The notes under the pieces were generated by a model that searched no databases, was not told where the DNA came from, and worked only from the letters and a program-made list of their open reading frames with translations. Positions 1 through 11,960 of a stretch of DNA of 64,000 nucleotides are shown here, one piece after another; positions within the stretch are counted from its first letter, which is position 1, and every line of letters begins with the position of its first letter. The translations under genes were made by a program, and so were the position numbers. The DNA is taken from the NCBI RefSeq assembly GCF_036365525.1, contig NC_090404.1:4154001-4218000 (forward strand), read 5' to 3'. This DNA is from Heterodontus francisci. Lineage: Eukaryota.

Positions 1-3000
1 CCTGGTGCCAGGTTCAATGATGTCTCTGAATGGGCAGGGGGCATTCTGAAGGGGAAGGTGAACAGCCAGAGTTTGTGGTACACACTGGTACCAACGACAT
101 AGGCAGGAAGAGTGACAGGGTTCTGCAGGAGGAATAACTTAGGTTGTAAGTTAAAAAACAGGACCTCTCGGGTTGTAATTTCGGGATTACTCTCTGTGCC
201 ACGTGCCAGTGAGGCGAGAAATAAGAAGATAGTGCAGCTGAACACGTGGCTAAACAGCTGGTGTAGGAGGGAGGGTATCAGATATCTGGATCATTGGGAT
301 CTCTTCCGGGGCAGGTGGGACCTGTACAAGAAGGACGGGTTGCATCTAAACTGGAGGGGCACAAATGTCCTGGCCGCAACTTTTGCTCACGTCACTCGGG
401 AGGGTTTAAACTCGTGTGGCAGGGGGGAGGGAACAAGAGCAGTTGGTCAGCAGGTGAAGCAACTGAGGGGGAACTAGTAAATAAGGCCAGTAAGACTGAG
501 AGGAAGAGCAGGCAGGGAGATGTTGCTGTGCACTGCGGGACTGGTGGTCTGAAGTGCATTTGTTTCAGTGCGAGAAGTATAACAGGCAAGGCAGATGAAA
601 TTAGAGCTTGGATTAGTACTTGATGTTGTTGCTATTACAGAGATTTGGTTGAGGGAAGGGCAGGATTGCCAACTAAATGTTCCAGGATTTAGAAGCTTCA
701 GGCGGGATAGAGGGGGGTGCAAAAGGGGTGGGGGAGTTACATTACTGGTTAAGGAGAATATCACAGCTGTACTGCGGGAGGATACCTCGGAAATCTCATG
801 CAGCAAGGCATTATGCAGAGCTCAGGAATAGGACGGGTGCAGTCACAATGTTGGGGCCTCCCAACAGCCAGCGGGAGAGAGAGAAGCATATATGTAGATA
901 GATTTTGGAAAGATGTAAAAGCAACAGGTTTGTTGTGGACGGTAATTTAAACTTCCCCTATATTGACTGGGACTCAATTAGTGTTAGGGGCTTGGATGGG
1001 GCAGAATTTGGAAGGAGCATCCAGGGGGGCTTCTTGAAACAATGTGTAGATTGTCCAACTAGGGAAGGGGCCGTACTGACCCTGGTATTGGGGAATGAGC
1101 CCAGCCAGGTTATCGAAGTTTCTGTAAGGGAGCATTTCCGGAACGGTAGCCATAATTCCGTAAGTTTTAAGGTTCTTGTGGATAAGGATAAGAGTAGTCC
1201 TCCGGTGAAGGTGCTAAATTGGAGGAAGGCTAATTATAACAATATTAGGCAGGAACTGAAGAATTTAGATTGGGGGCGGCTGTTTGAGGGTCAATCAACA
1301 TCTGACATGTGGGAGTCTTTCAAACGTCAGTTGATTAGAATCCAGGACCGGCATGTTCCTGTGAGGATGAAAGATAAGTTTGGCAAGTTTTGGGTACCTT
1401 GGATAACGAGGGATATTGTGAGCCTAGTGAAAAAGTAAAAGGAAGCATTCGTAAGGGCGAGAAGGCTGGGAACATACGAAGCCCTTGAGGAATATAACGA
1501 AAGTAGAAAGCAACTTAAGCAAGGAGTCAGGAGGGTTAAAAGCGGTCATGAAAAGTCTTTGACAAACAGGATTAAGGAGAATCCCACGGCTTTATATACG
1601 TATATAAAGAACAAGAGGGTAGCAAGGGTAAGGGTTGGCCCACTCAAGGACAGAGGAGGAAATCTATGCGTGGAGCCTGAGGAAGTGTGCGAGGTACTAA
1701 ATGAGTACTTTGTATCAGTATTCACCCAAGAGAAGGACTTGGTGGATGATGAGGCCGGGGAAGGGAGTGTAGATAGTCTGGGTCATGTCGATATCAAAAA
1801 GGAGGAGGTGTTGGGTGTCTTGAAAAACATTAAGATCGAGATGTCCCCAGGGCGTGATGGGATCTACTACCCCAGAATACTGAGGGAGGCAAGGGAGGAA
1901 ATTGCTGGAGCCTTGACTGAAGTCTTTGTATCCTCATTGGCGACAGGTGAGATCCCAGAGGAGAGGAAAATAGCCAATGTTGTTCCTTTGTTTAAGAAGG
2001 GTGGTAAGGATAATCCAGGAAATTAGAGGCCGGTGAGCCTTCCGTCAGTGGTACGGAAATTATAAGAGAGGATTCTTCGGGACAGAATTTATTCCCATTT
2101 GGAAACAAATGGACTTATTAGCAAGAGGCAGCTTGGTTTTGTGAAAGAGAGGTCGTGTCTCACTAACTTGATCGTGTTGTTTGAGGAAGTGACGAAGATG
2201 ATTGATGAAGGAAGGGCAGTGGAAGTTGTCTACATGGACTTAAGTAAAGCCTTTGACAAGGTCCTTCATGGCAGATTGGTACAAAAGGTGAAGTTACACG
2301 GGATCAGAGGTGAGCTGGCAAGATGGATGCAGAACTGGCTCGGTCATAGAAGGCAGAGGGTAGCAGTGGAAGGGTGCTTTTCTGAATGGAGGACTGTGAC
2401 TAATGGTGTTTTGCAGGGATCAGCGCTGGGACCTTTGCTGTTTGCAGTATATGTAAATGATTTGGAGGGAAATGTAGCAGGTCTGATTAGTAAGTTTGCG
2501 GATGACACAAAGGTTGGTGGAGTTGAGAATAGTGATGAGGATTGTCAGAGGATGCAGCAGGATATAGATCGGTTGGAGACATAGGCAGAGAAATGGCAGT
2601 TGGAGGTTAATCCGGACAAATGTGAGGTAATGCATTTTGGAAGGTCTAATACAAGTGGGAAGTATACAGTAATGGCAGAACCCTTAGGAGTATTGACAGG
2701 CAGAGAGATCTGGGCGTACAGGTCCAAAGATCACTGAAAGTGGCAACGCAGGTGGATAAGGTAGTCAAGAAGGCATATGGCATGCTTGCCTTCATCGGTT
2801 GGGGCATAGAGTATAAAAATTGGCAAGTCATGCTGCAGCTGTACAGAACCTTAGTTAGGCCACACTTGGAATATTGCATACAATTCTGGTCGCCATACCA
2901 CCAGAAGCATATGGAGGCTTTGGAGAGGGTACAGAAGAGGTTTACCAGGATGTGGCCTGGTCAGGAGGGTATTAGCTGCCAGGAGAGGTTGGATAAACTC

Positions 3001-3335
3001 GAATTGCTTTCACTGGAACGACAAGGTGGAAGGGTGACATGATAGAGGTTTACAAAGTTATGAGTTGCATGGACAGAGTGCTTAGTCGGAAGGTTTTTCC
3101 CAGGGTGGAAGAGTCAGTTACTAGACGACATAGGTTTAAGGTGCGAGGGGCAAAGTTTAAAGGGGATGTGCGAGGCAAACTCTTTACACAGAGGGTGGTG
3201 AGTGCCTGGAACCTGCTGCCGGGGGAGGTGGTGGAAGCAGGTACGATAGTGACGTTTAAGAGGCATCTTGACAAATGCACTAATAGGATGGGAATAGAGG
3301 GATACGGTCCCCGGATGTGCAGAAGGTTTTAGTTT
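1..3335 (+). mobile_element. CR1-clade LINE, near full length but disrupted (esterase-type ORF1 end, APE endonuclease, RT)
   Basis: ORF1 DGLHLN esterase motif; ORF2 fragments with KAFDKV, QGSALGP, KFADDTK, RPHLEYC; multiple stops and frameshifts. Confidence 0.93.
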
Positions 3336-3586
3336 AGACAAGCATTGTTCATTTTTCTTTGAATTGTGCCTCCTTCTTTGTCTAATAGGCTTCAGGATCA
3401 GGAAGTCATTCCCAGGGGTTGTCCTCTCTGATGTATTCGATAGTCCCTTGAATGTGGGCTCCCTGTTGTGGAAAATGGACCCCAGGCTCTTGGGATAATT
3501 CCCAGCATTTATTCTTAATGGTCTATCGTTCCAGATATTCATTAGTCTTGAGGAATCATTCCCAGGGTTTATTGTCTCTCGTGTCT

Positions 3587-3790
3587 GTGTTATATTTCTA
3601 ACCTGGTCAGTGCCTGCCCTGGGAGCGTTTGCTGGTGCAGTGTCGAGGGAGCTTTACTGTGTATCTAACCCGGGCTGTGCCTGCCCTGAGAGTGTGTTTT
3701 GCGGCAGTGTGAAGGGAGCTGTCCTCTGCATTATCCCGTAAACTACCTATCCTGGGAGTGTTTGATGGACAGTATTCTTTCATATACTAC
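3587..3790 (+). repeat. ~66-bp tandem repeat (ctgtatctaacc...cctgggagtgtttgatggg...gagggagcttta), about 3 units
   Basis: gtgcctgccctg at 3610 and 3677; the same family lies in reverse at ~14400-15215. Confidence 0.7.
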
Positions 3791-4301
3791 ACTGCTCTTT
3801 AATGCAACCTGGCACCTGACTGTGACAGACCATGGAAGGTGCTCCTCTTCGCTGTGCGGCCATTCCGACCCTGGGCATTGGCATTTTGAGGCAGAAGGAA
3901 AGGTGGCTATATTCTGATGAGCCACTGGATGGCGCAGCAGCACCATCACCGAAAGACTTTTGGTTCAAACACAAACCAGACAGGACTGGTGGAAAACAGC
4001 TGTCAGGAAAAGGGAAAATGTGCAATCGGTAAAATGGAGCGTGTGAATGGGCCTTGGAGCAGGGAATTGAGCAAAGTCAAGTTAGTCCATTTGTTACTCA
4101 AGATTTATTCACAATTTCAAAAAAAACATTTTACAGAAACATTTTTAAAGGGTCCAAAGTGAATTTAGCACCTGTGAGTCACATTGAGGACAAAACACAT
4201 GCGATCTGAGCTGTAGACTACTTCTAAAATTGTTACAGATTAGAGAGAAAACAGGGGCTCAACATAAAGAGAAGGAAACAGTTGCAAATAAGGGATAGTT
4301 A

Positions 4302-4307
4302 TTTATT
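4302..4307 (-). terminator. Candidate poly(A) signal of membrane mu mRNA
   Basis: AATAAA about 220 nt past the TM2 stop; a second one at 4104-4109. Confidence 0.5.
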
Positions 4308-4527
4308 TACAGATGAAATTCAAACTATTGTGAAACTCGAAGGTGCATAGACATTATCGGTAAGATTATCTGACACAATTCAAAGAGAAAAACGGAAACA
4401 ATGTTTATGATCTTCTCAGCTACAGATTCTGAACCATAAACTGACGGCAATTTACTTTTACAGTTTGTTTGATAATGCAGAGATGTTAAAAAATAAGGAA
4501 AATCCAGGGCGGCCGAAATTCGATCGA

Positions 4528-4536
4528 TCACTTAAC
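4528..4536 (-). CDS. IGHM: IgM TM2 exon coding part (VK*), completing the KVK cytoplasmic tail
   Basis: ttttacag GTT AAG TGA. Confidence 0.92.
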   Translation of the reverse strand, partial: VK

Positions 4537-4668
4537 CTGTAAAAGAGGGATAAAAGAATGAAGCAGAGATTTCGTGGTCTTGGACATTCATCTCAGAACT
4601 ATGAAATTTTAGAGATTTGTTAAACAGCTTCATTTAATTTGAAATGTGAGTGGATTGAATATTCTCAC

Positions 4669-4796
4669 CTTCACCAGAGTGACGGCAGCGCTGTAGAAAA
4701 TGCTCAGGAAGAACAGGATGATGAATGTGGAAGCGGTTGTCCAGATGTTGCCGCTCTCTTCCTCATTGTCTTCAATCCAGATGTGGCCTGAGTAAT
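4669..4796 (-). CDS. IGHM: IgM TM1 exon ([43 protein letters not shown])
   Basis: Acidic spacer plus conserved antigen-receptor TM motif ([18 protein letters not shown]); gtgaga donor, phase 0. Confidence 0.95.
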
Positions 4797-5329
4797 CTTC
4801 GGGTTTTTAGAGGAGAAATATATTTAGATCGTTCATTAATCCAGGATATAAGATTGTCAATTTGCACTCGCAGAGTTCTTCCTTAAGCCATTATTTTGCT
4901 CTCTAATTTAATTTTCAGTTTGTATCCATTGTGAAGTTAATCACTCTCAGCAATCTACCTCTGTTACTAACCCCACAGCCATTCTTCCCATATGATCCTC
5001 GTCCAGGCCCTGTTGGAAAAAATGATATTTCTTTCTTCAGGGTCAGGCGCTATTCTCGTCTGGATCAATCTTGTTCTATCATTCGGGATATAGATGGAAT
5101 TTTACTGATCAATATCGATAGTTTTGAGATTTTCATTGGTGCTGGGTAAGAGATTGGATGCAAGTTCTAATCTTGTTTATTTGTGATGGAAGTTGTTGGT
5201 CAATCATTAACTGACCTCACTTTCTAAGTGAAAACTTTGCTTCACTGTGTTTGTAGGTCCAACATGTATGAGGGAATATGTTGGAAAAGGTGCCCATTCA
5301 AACAGTGCATTTGAATGCAACTTTCACAT

Positions 5330-6300
5330 ATAGCCTGGTGCTTTTGTTTGTACGCTTTAATACATGTGTATGTGTGCATAAGTATCTGTTACTTTGCATC
5401 ACTCAGTGCGTGTCCATGGCTTGTGTGTGTGAGATTTAATGTATGTTTTAATGCATTTCTTTGTGCACCCGCCTGTGAATGTCTCAATGTGCGTATTTAT
5501 ATCTTGATGCCTGTGTGTTGTGTCCCTGTATGTTAGTATGTGCTTATGTGCCAATGTGTATCAATGTGTGTTTTCAAGTGGCCGCGTGTGTGTGTATGTG
5601 CATGTGCGTGTGTATAAAATATATCATCCTTAATGTTTTGTCTTCATTCATCCACGTGTGTGCATGAGCATGATAATGTTTGTTTTTGTGTGTGGTTTGG
5701 TCCCCATGCGTGCTTCATGTTGTGAGCTTTTGTGTTGACAGATGTCTTTATGTTTTCCTGTGTGTCAATGTGTGTTTATGTTTCCATGTGTGCGTATGAG
5801 TTTGTTAATGTTTGTTTTTGTGTGCTTCTGTCCCCATAAGTGTGATAATGCGTCTGCTTTTGTGTTGATGTCTACGTTTATGCATTAATATGTGTGATTA
5901 TGTGCACATGTGTGCTAATGTGTGTGTTATGTGCATGTTTTTGCATCCATGTATGTGTCATAATGTTAATGTTGGTGTCTATTTGTGTGTGAGTGATCGT
6001 GTTAATGTGTCTGTCTAAATGTTTGTGTGCAGATGTGTTAGTCTGTTAATGTGCGAGTATGTTTCCATCTAGCTGTGTTTATGTCTATGATAATGAAAGC
6101 TTTTCCGTCTCTGTTTCTGTGTTTGTGAGACTGTACTAATGTGTACATTTATGTTTATTTTTGCGTGGGTGACTGCGAAGTGTTTATATCTGCGTTTGAG
6201 TCTGTTTGTGTGTGTAGGTGTAATTGTGTGGTTGTGCATTTGAGTGTGTTTATGTGTGTTGTTTTGTCTGTGTGCCTGCGCATCTTTATTCTTGTTCAAA
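5330..6300. repeat. Degenerate TG-rich low-complexity tract in the CH4-TM1 intron
   Basis: About 1 kb of interrupted (TG)n. Confidence 0.85.
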
Positions 6301-6443
6301 GTTTTACAGAGAATAAATAACCGGGTCTGACGCTGATGGTGTGCATTATGGAGAATATTCTTCACTGTTCTGTGTATAAATGTATTCTGTGCGAGATGTC
6401 ATCTGACATCATCTGAATGACTGTAGCAATGCAACTGATGGAT

Positions 6444-6651
6444 AAAAACAGAAGTTCTGGAAATACTCAGCAGGTCAGACAGCAGCTGTGGACAGAGAAG
6501 CAGAATTAACGTTTCAGGTCGGTGCCCTTTTCACACACCTGAAATGTTAACTCTGCTTCTCTCTCCACAGATGGTGCCTGACCAGCTGAGTATTTAAGCA
6601 TTTTCCGTTTTTATTTCAGATTTCCCCCATGTGCAATATTTTGCTTTTATT
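6444..6651. mobile_element. Short Penelope-type repeat in head-to-head (hairpin) arrangement
   Basis: Arms ~6445-6519 and ~6537-6612 are reverse complements; same family as 25850-26180. Confidence 0.7.
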
Positions 6652-7567
6652 TCCATGAAACTGATGGGCCTCAGAATCATCAGGAACAGGAGATGATTAA
6701 ATCTTCAGCTAGATTTAGATGATTATGTTATTAGAATTTAACAGGGAAACCGTGAACGATATTACGTTACATAAATATATATTTTACAATATGATTCCCA
6801 TGTGGAAAGTTTAAAATCTTCGCACACTGCGCTCAAAGCCGACTTTGTACTGATGGCATTTGAGTCCGTTTAATAGAGAGCAGGGGGAGTGGGAGTATAA
6901 GGTTTACAAATTTCCTTGCCCCTTTTTCTGTTGGAGGAAATGTGGCGAGGAGCTACAGTCAGTTCACAATTCTCTTTACCGTCTGTCTGTTGCAGAAGTA
7001 CCGTTGCAGTGGATTCACAAGTACCCTTTCCTCTTCACTGTTTGGGAAGTGGGGTACAGTGTTTTAGTAAATTCCTCTTCCCCCTCTTTCTGATGGGGGA
7101 TTTTGGGAAGATTTCGTATTCGTGTGTGGCCATCACTTCAGTTCCCAGTGCGCATGATGCTGCAACTAAAAACTGACCCTATTCTGAAGGGATGGCCAAC
7201 ACGAGAAGCAGGTACACCGAGATCTAAATGCACTGCGTATTTTTGTTGGTAAGGAGAAATGTCCAGGTTCCCCATCTCCTCCTCCCCGGCCCCCCACCCC
7301 TGTCCCCCTCTAATGCTCCCCACCGCCTCCCCCTCCTCCAACAGGAGGAAAGTTGCTGAAATACTTCCACAGAATCCAATAATGAATCAGGTTTACTCTG
7401 TGAATTATTATGTGCTGGAAACACTGGTTGTACAAGACTTGGGCCCGAGACCTGCAAATATCATGCTTTGATGAAAAGACCTACACTTAGCAAATGTGGG
7501 AAGCACAATTAATTGAGCTGTTGTGTATTTAAATCGCGATTGGAAGAAAAGGTCTTTGTTGTGTTTT

Positions 7568-7573
7568 TTTATT
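7568..7573 (-). terminator. Poly(A) signal of secretory mu mRNA
   Basis: AATAAA about 30 nt after the secretory stop. Confidence 0.75.
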
Positions 7574-7601
7574 TAAGAATTGAAATGCAATCGAGAAATT
7601 C

Positions 7602-7996
7602 TCATTGACATGAATTAACGGTGTCCAACAGTGCAAGGGAAATGTTCACAAAACTCGGTTTACCGCTGGATTTATTAACTGTTCTGTTGATGATCTTCAA
7701 GGGGATCGCTTCATGTCCCACCACACAGGAGTAAGAAGCGCCGCTGGCCCACTCCTCCGCTGCAATGGATAACAGGCTGTAGATGAAGAAGGAGCTCTTA
7801 TCGTTCTCCGCCATCACCTCGGTGTTCTTGTAGTTGCCGGGATTCACCGACTTGTCATTGACAGTCCACTTGACGAAGATCTCTCGGGGGGAGAAACCTC
7901 TCACTAAGCAGGTGAGGGAGAGGAACCTCTCAGCGGAGATTTCTTCTGCTGGGGGCAGGAGAACAGACACAGATGGTTCCCGCAGATCTTTCCATG
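7602..7996 (-). CDS. IGHM: IgM CH4 exon plus secretory tailpiece ([20 protein letters not shown])
   Basis: tttcag acceptor; tail with NIS sequon and penultimate Cys; internal G/gtaaa donor (exon end 7664) for the membrane form. Confidence 0.97.
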
Positions 7997-8466
7997 CTGA
8001 AAAATTAAAATAAATGTCAATAAACGAGACAATTTCAGAGACAATGACACCGGTGGTTAAATGTGAGAGAAATTGAGAAGGTTTTCCTTTTCCTCTCTGG
8101 GGCCTGTGCTGTTTTCCAGCTGGCGCAGAGGCGCTGCAATCCTGCTCGCCGAGAACATAAAGGATTAGACTGGAAAATTACATAGAACTTGCAGCACAGG
8201 AGCAGGCCATTAGGAGGAGCTAGCCTATGCTGGTGTTCATGCTGCACACGGACCTCCTCCCACCTTACTTCAGCTCTTTCTATTCCTTTCTCCATAATCT
8301 ACGTATCCAGCGTCGCCTGAAATGCATCACCTCTGGTCCCAGGGAGGTTCGTTAGTGAATTACAATTAAAGTATCAGCGTAATCCATTCAACCACTTAAT
8401 TGGGCCTTGCACAAACACCGGCAATAAGCACAACCTCTGACTTATTGCTTCAATCACATTGCTCAC

Positions 8467-8772
8467 CTTCCTTGTGGATGGAATCTCTGAGAGGAGTCGG
8501 CAGATCCTGATGGCTCACCACACAGTAGAACACAGCCTCACTCAGCCAGGCTTGTGTCGAGATGTCTACGGTGCTGATCACGCTGTCGGGATCCTCTCCG
8601 GGTTGGACGGCAATCTCTGATTTCAAAGGCTTCTGTTCTTGTGTCCAGGACACGTTGACACCATAAGGAGCATTAGACACGACGCAGGTTAAGGTGACCG
8701 TGGCCTCCAGTAAGACCTGTTCTATTGATGGTGGCAGTAGTTTAATTACTGGATGATTGCACTCGGAAGAAT
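8467..8772 (-). CDS. IGHM: IgM CH3 exon ([14 protein letters not shown]...SIHKE)
   Basis: ctacag acceptor, gtgagc donor, 306 nt phase 1/1. Confidence 0.96.
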
Positions 8773-9270
8773 CTGTAGAACAGAAATGAGAGTCGAAGAA
8801 ATCTCCATCTTCAGGATCAGGACGCGAGTATTTAACTATCACTTTCTTCAGGAGGGGAAAAACACCTTTCACTTCAACACTGTCGTTCATGGGAAGGGCA
8901 ACGATTTGTAAAATCTGGGACATCCAAGCGGATTACATCTCTGCTGAATATAATGGCTCTGTCACCCCAGGACATGAGCTACACATGTAATTCATACTGG
9001 CTCAAAACGAATGAAATTACGAATTTTAGGACCAACTGGAAACAAGGTTATTGTTCTGGTGCCTTGTCAGTATATTTGGGGAGATGAAAATGTTCAGCAA
9101 CCAGTCAGAGGAGGGGCGAAAGGTTGGTAAAATGCAGTCCCAAGGTTTTTGTTTTTGTGTGGTGAGGAATAATTCGCAATACCGGATGAGATAGTTTTCT
9201 AATATCTGCCACGAGTGAGTATTTATGTGTCGGCCTGGAGTTAGAAGGCGATCTGACCACAGGACTGTAA

Positions 9271-9825
9271 TAAGAACATAAGAATAAGAGGAGGCCATTC
9301 AGCCCCTCGAGCACGTTCCGCCATTCAATTACACGATGGCTGAATTGTATCTTAATTCTGTTTACCCATATATAACCCTTAATACCCTTACCTGTCATAA
9401 ATCTATCACTCGCAACATTAAAGTTTTCCATGGATGTCAAGCTTCTAAAGCGAGTTGGGGGAGAGAATTCCAGATTACCGCTATCTACTGTGTGAATATT
9501 CCCTTCCTGATATCATTCCTGAATGACCATGGTCTAATCTGAAGGTTATGCCCCCTTGTTCTGAAGTTCCTCACCAGAGGAAATATTTTTCTCCATTGAC
9601 TCCATCAATTCCAGTAAACATCTTAACCACCTCAATTAGATCACCCTTTAATCTTCTATACTCAAAGCAATACCAGTTTGGCCTGTGAAACCTGTCCTCA
9701 TAACTTAACCCGATCAGCCCCGTTATCATTATGGTCAATTCTTGTTGCACCACTCCCAAGACCAATACATTCTTCCTGTGCTCTGCAGTCCAGAATTGAA
9801 CACAGTTTTCTAAATAGGGTAGATG
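9271..9825 (-). mobile_element. CR1 LINE 3' fragment in the CH2-CH3 intron
   Basis: LENCVQFW...RRLKGDLIEV translation and CR1-type 3' tail. Confidence 0.8.
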
Positions 9826-10136
9826 CTCTTTCTGGCACCTGATTCCGAGGCCGTTACCAAGAAAGGGTTCCAGATGCCGATTGCTGCTCCGTGTATGATT
9901 AGCCCATTCAGGATAAAGCTGATTTACAGGCCACCTCACTCACTACATGACATCACAGTAGAGCTAATCATTCTTTCATGATGTGATGACATGTTGAACC
10001 GTGAGCAATCCTAATTCCTAATTTCTAAATCCTAAACTCACAGCGAAATAACACATAAAAACTGCACGATGGCGATTTAGAAATTGTTCTTTGTACTAAT
10101 TCCAATAAATTCCTGTCTTTCAGTAACATGGAGTAC

Positions 10137-10454
10137 AGAAAGATCCGGTGATGTTTCGGCTTTGGGTGGCCGCTTGATGGGAGACCTGGCAGGTATAGAC
10201 CGTGTTGGTGAACCATTCCCGAGCGGGAACTGTCAGCCGACTGGTTGCTGAGAAGTTCCCGTTCGTTTCACAGGCGGGAGAGGTGACGAAGCCCGATTCC
10301 ATGGGATGCCCATCCTTCAACCAATTCACGGTTATTGCTTCTGGATGGAAATCGATGATTGAACACACGACAGTTGCAAATCTGCTGCTTGTGATTTCTT
10401 CACTGGAAGTCTGGGTGAGGATAACAGTTGGATGGACGATGTCACCTTTACAAT
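10137..10454 (-). CDS. IGHM: IgM CH2 exon (DCKGDIVHP...QSRNITGS); 3' boundary uncertain because the donor is degenerate
   Basis: aaag acceptor and an open Ig C1 domain; only weak phase-1 GT sites (TCT/gtactc, CAT/gttact) before the in-frame TGA at 10122-10120. Confidence 0.88.
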
Positions 10455-10666
10455 CTTTAAGAAAAAACACGTTAGACATTTCTAGAAGAAATTAATAACT
10501 AATACAAACTGTTCTTATATTTTAACAGGTTATTTGCATCAAGCAGGCACTAACTGATGTTTCCAGGGGTCTGAACTGTGCACAACACTCTAAATGTGGA
10601 ATAGCCAAAGTTCTACACAAGATCCTTCTAGCTTTTCTGTTTTTCCACAGTTTCCACAACACTAAC

Positions 10667-10963
10667 CTGGAATTTCCTTGATCCAGAGCGACTCTCCGCG
10701 TCGAACCTCGCAGTAGATTTTGCTGCTTCCCACCTCTGAATCGGTGATGGTTAATTGGCTGCTCAGGGTGTAGGTTCCCTTCTTGTTCAGCACTGACGGG
10801 TAAGTCTTCAAACCAGTGGTGATCGGTTCTTTACCTTTCTTCCAGGAAACGCTGGTGATTTGGGGGATGTAGTCCATCGCCAAACAGCCGTAGGCCATGG
10901 AGCCGTCGGTGTTGGGTTGTTCACAGGAGCACAGGCCGTAAAGGGTTGGGGGAGACGGTGTCG
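10667..10963 (-). CDS. IGHM: IgM CH1 exon ([14 protein letters not shown]...WIKEIP)
   Basis: cctag acceptor, gttagt donor, 297 nt phase 1/1, Ig C1 Cys-Trp-Cys pattern. Confidence 0.96.
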
Positions 10964-11611
10964 CTAGGAAAGAATGGCAAATTGAACAAGTTAGACTGTG
11001 ATTCCTGCTTATTAAATAACCAGACAACTCGCAATTCGACTCCAGCTGGAAACTGATTCCAATATTTTCTGATTAAAACCTTCATCCGCATTTGAGCTGC
11101 GATCAGTTACATCATTTGGTGATCATCACCTGTCGGTCCCCTGGTCAGGAACACACCTCTCTTTCAGGACCTGTCACATTACTAAAGTAAGAGCCTTTTG
11201 AAGTTATCTCAATAAGGTATTTTTCATTGGATTAAACTGAAAGAGGAGTTTCCCACTTTGTTCGGCCAATATTTATTTCTAAATCAACAACACTTGGTCA
11301 AAAAACACGCGGCATTTAGTTTTTGGAAATTTCTTCTCTGCAAATTGACTGCTGGGTTTCCCCGCACCTCCACCTCCTCCCAGCGCCCCTCCCCACCACC
11401 AGCAGACCACCCCGCACCACCCCCCCCACCAACCCCCACTCCCCCTCCAAATAAATAGCAACTAGCCTGAAAAAGTGCCATTGGAATGCGTGCTTATAAA
11501 ATGAACTTAATACTGTAAACTTGAATACCAGGCAAATTCATTCCATTATTTTCCCATAAAAACCTACAAAACATCCGAGCATGCTTATGACCCAGGGTGA
11601 TAAATTCATAG

Positions 11612-11960
11612 ACATGATAGCTGAGAAGAAGGCCATTCGGTCCATCAGGCCTGTGAAAGATCACTCCAGCGATCCCGCTGACCTTCCAATTCCTAATCTT
11701 CTTTTCAAAATTTCATTTTATCCAGCTCTTTTAGATTCTATTTACAGCCCTCTTTCTGACAGGACATTCCAGATCCGATCAACCCCCTGTGTAGAAGAGT
11801 AGATTCATACCCTCTTCCTTCATTCTTTTGACGCTGATTAAAAATCAGTGCCCTCGACAGACCAACTCACTGATCTGGGCAAATTGGTTTCTGAATTTCT
11901 GTGTAAAACATTCATTATTCAAAACACCTCTAGCAGACTTCATTTTAATCTTCTATGTTC
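11612..11960 (-). mobile_element. Old CR1 3' fragment
   Basis: aggccattcgg 3' motif and decayed 3' region shared with other copies. Confidence 0.55.

Noticed and set aside
3914-3938. CTGATGA-GCCA-ctgga-TGGC resembling a hammerhead core
   Set aside because: Followed by GCAG rather than GAAA, with no helix I/III; better explained as overlapping the CTCF-like motif
5315-6365. Cys/Val- or His/Thr-rich ORFs
   Set aside because: Translations of TG/CA low-complexity sequence
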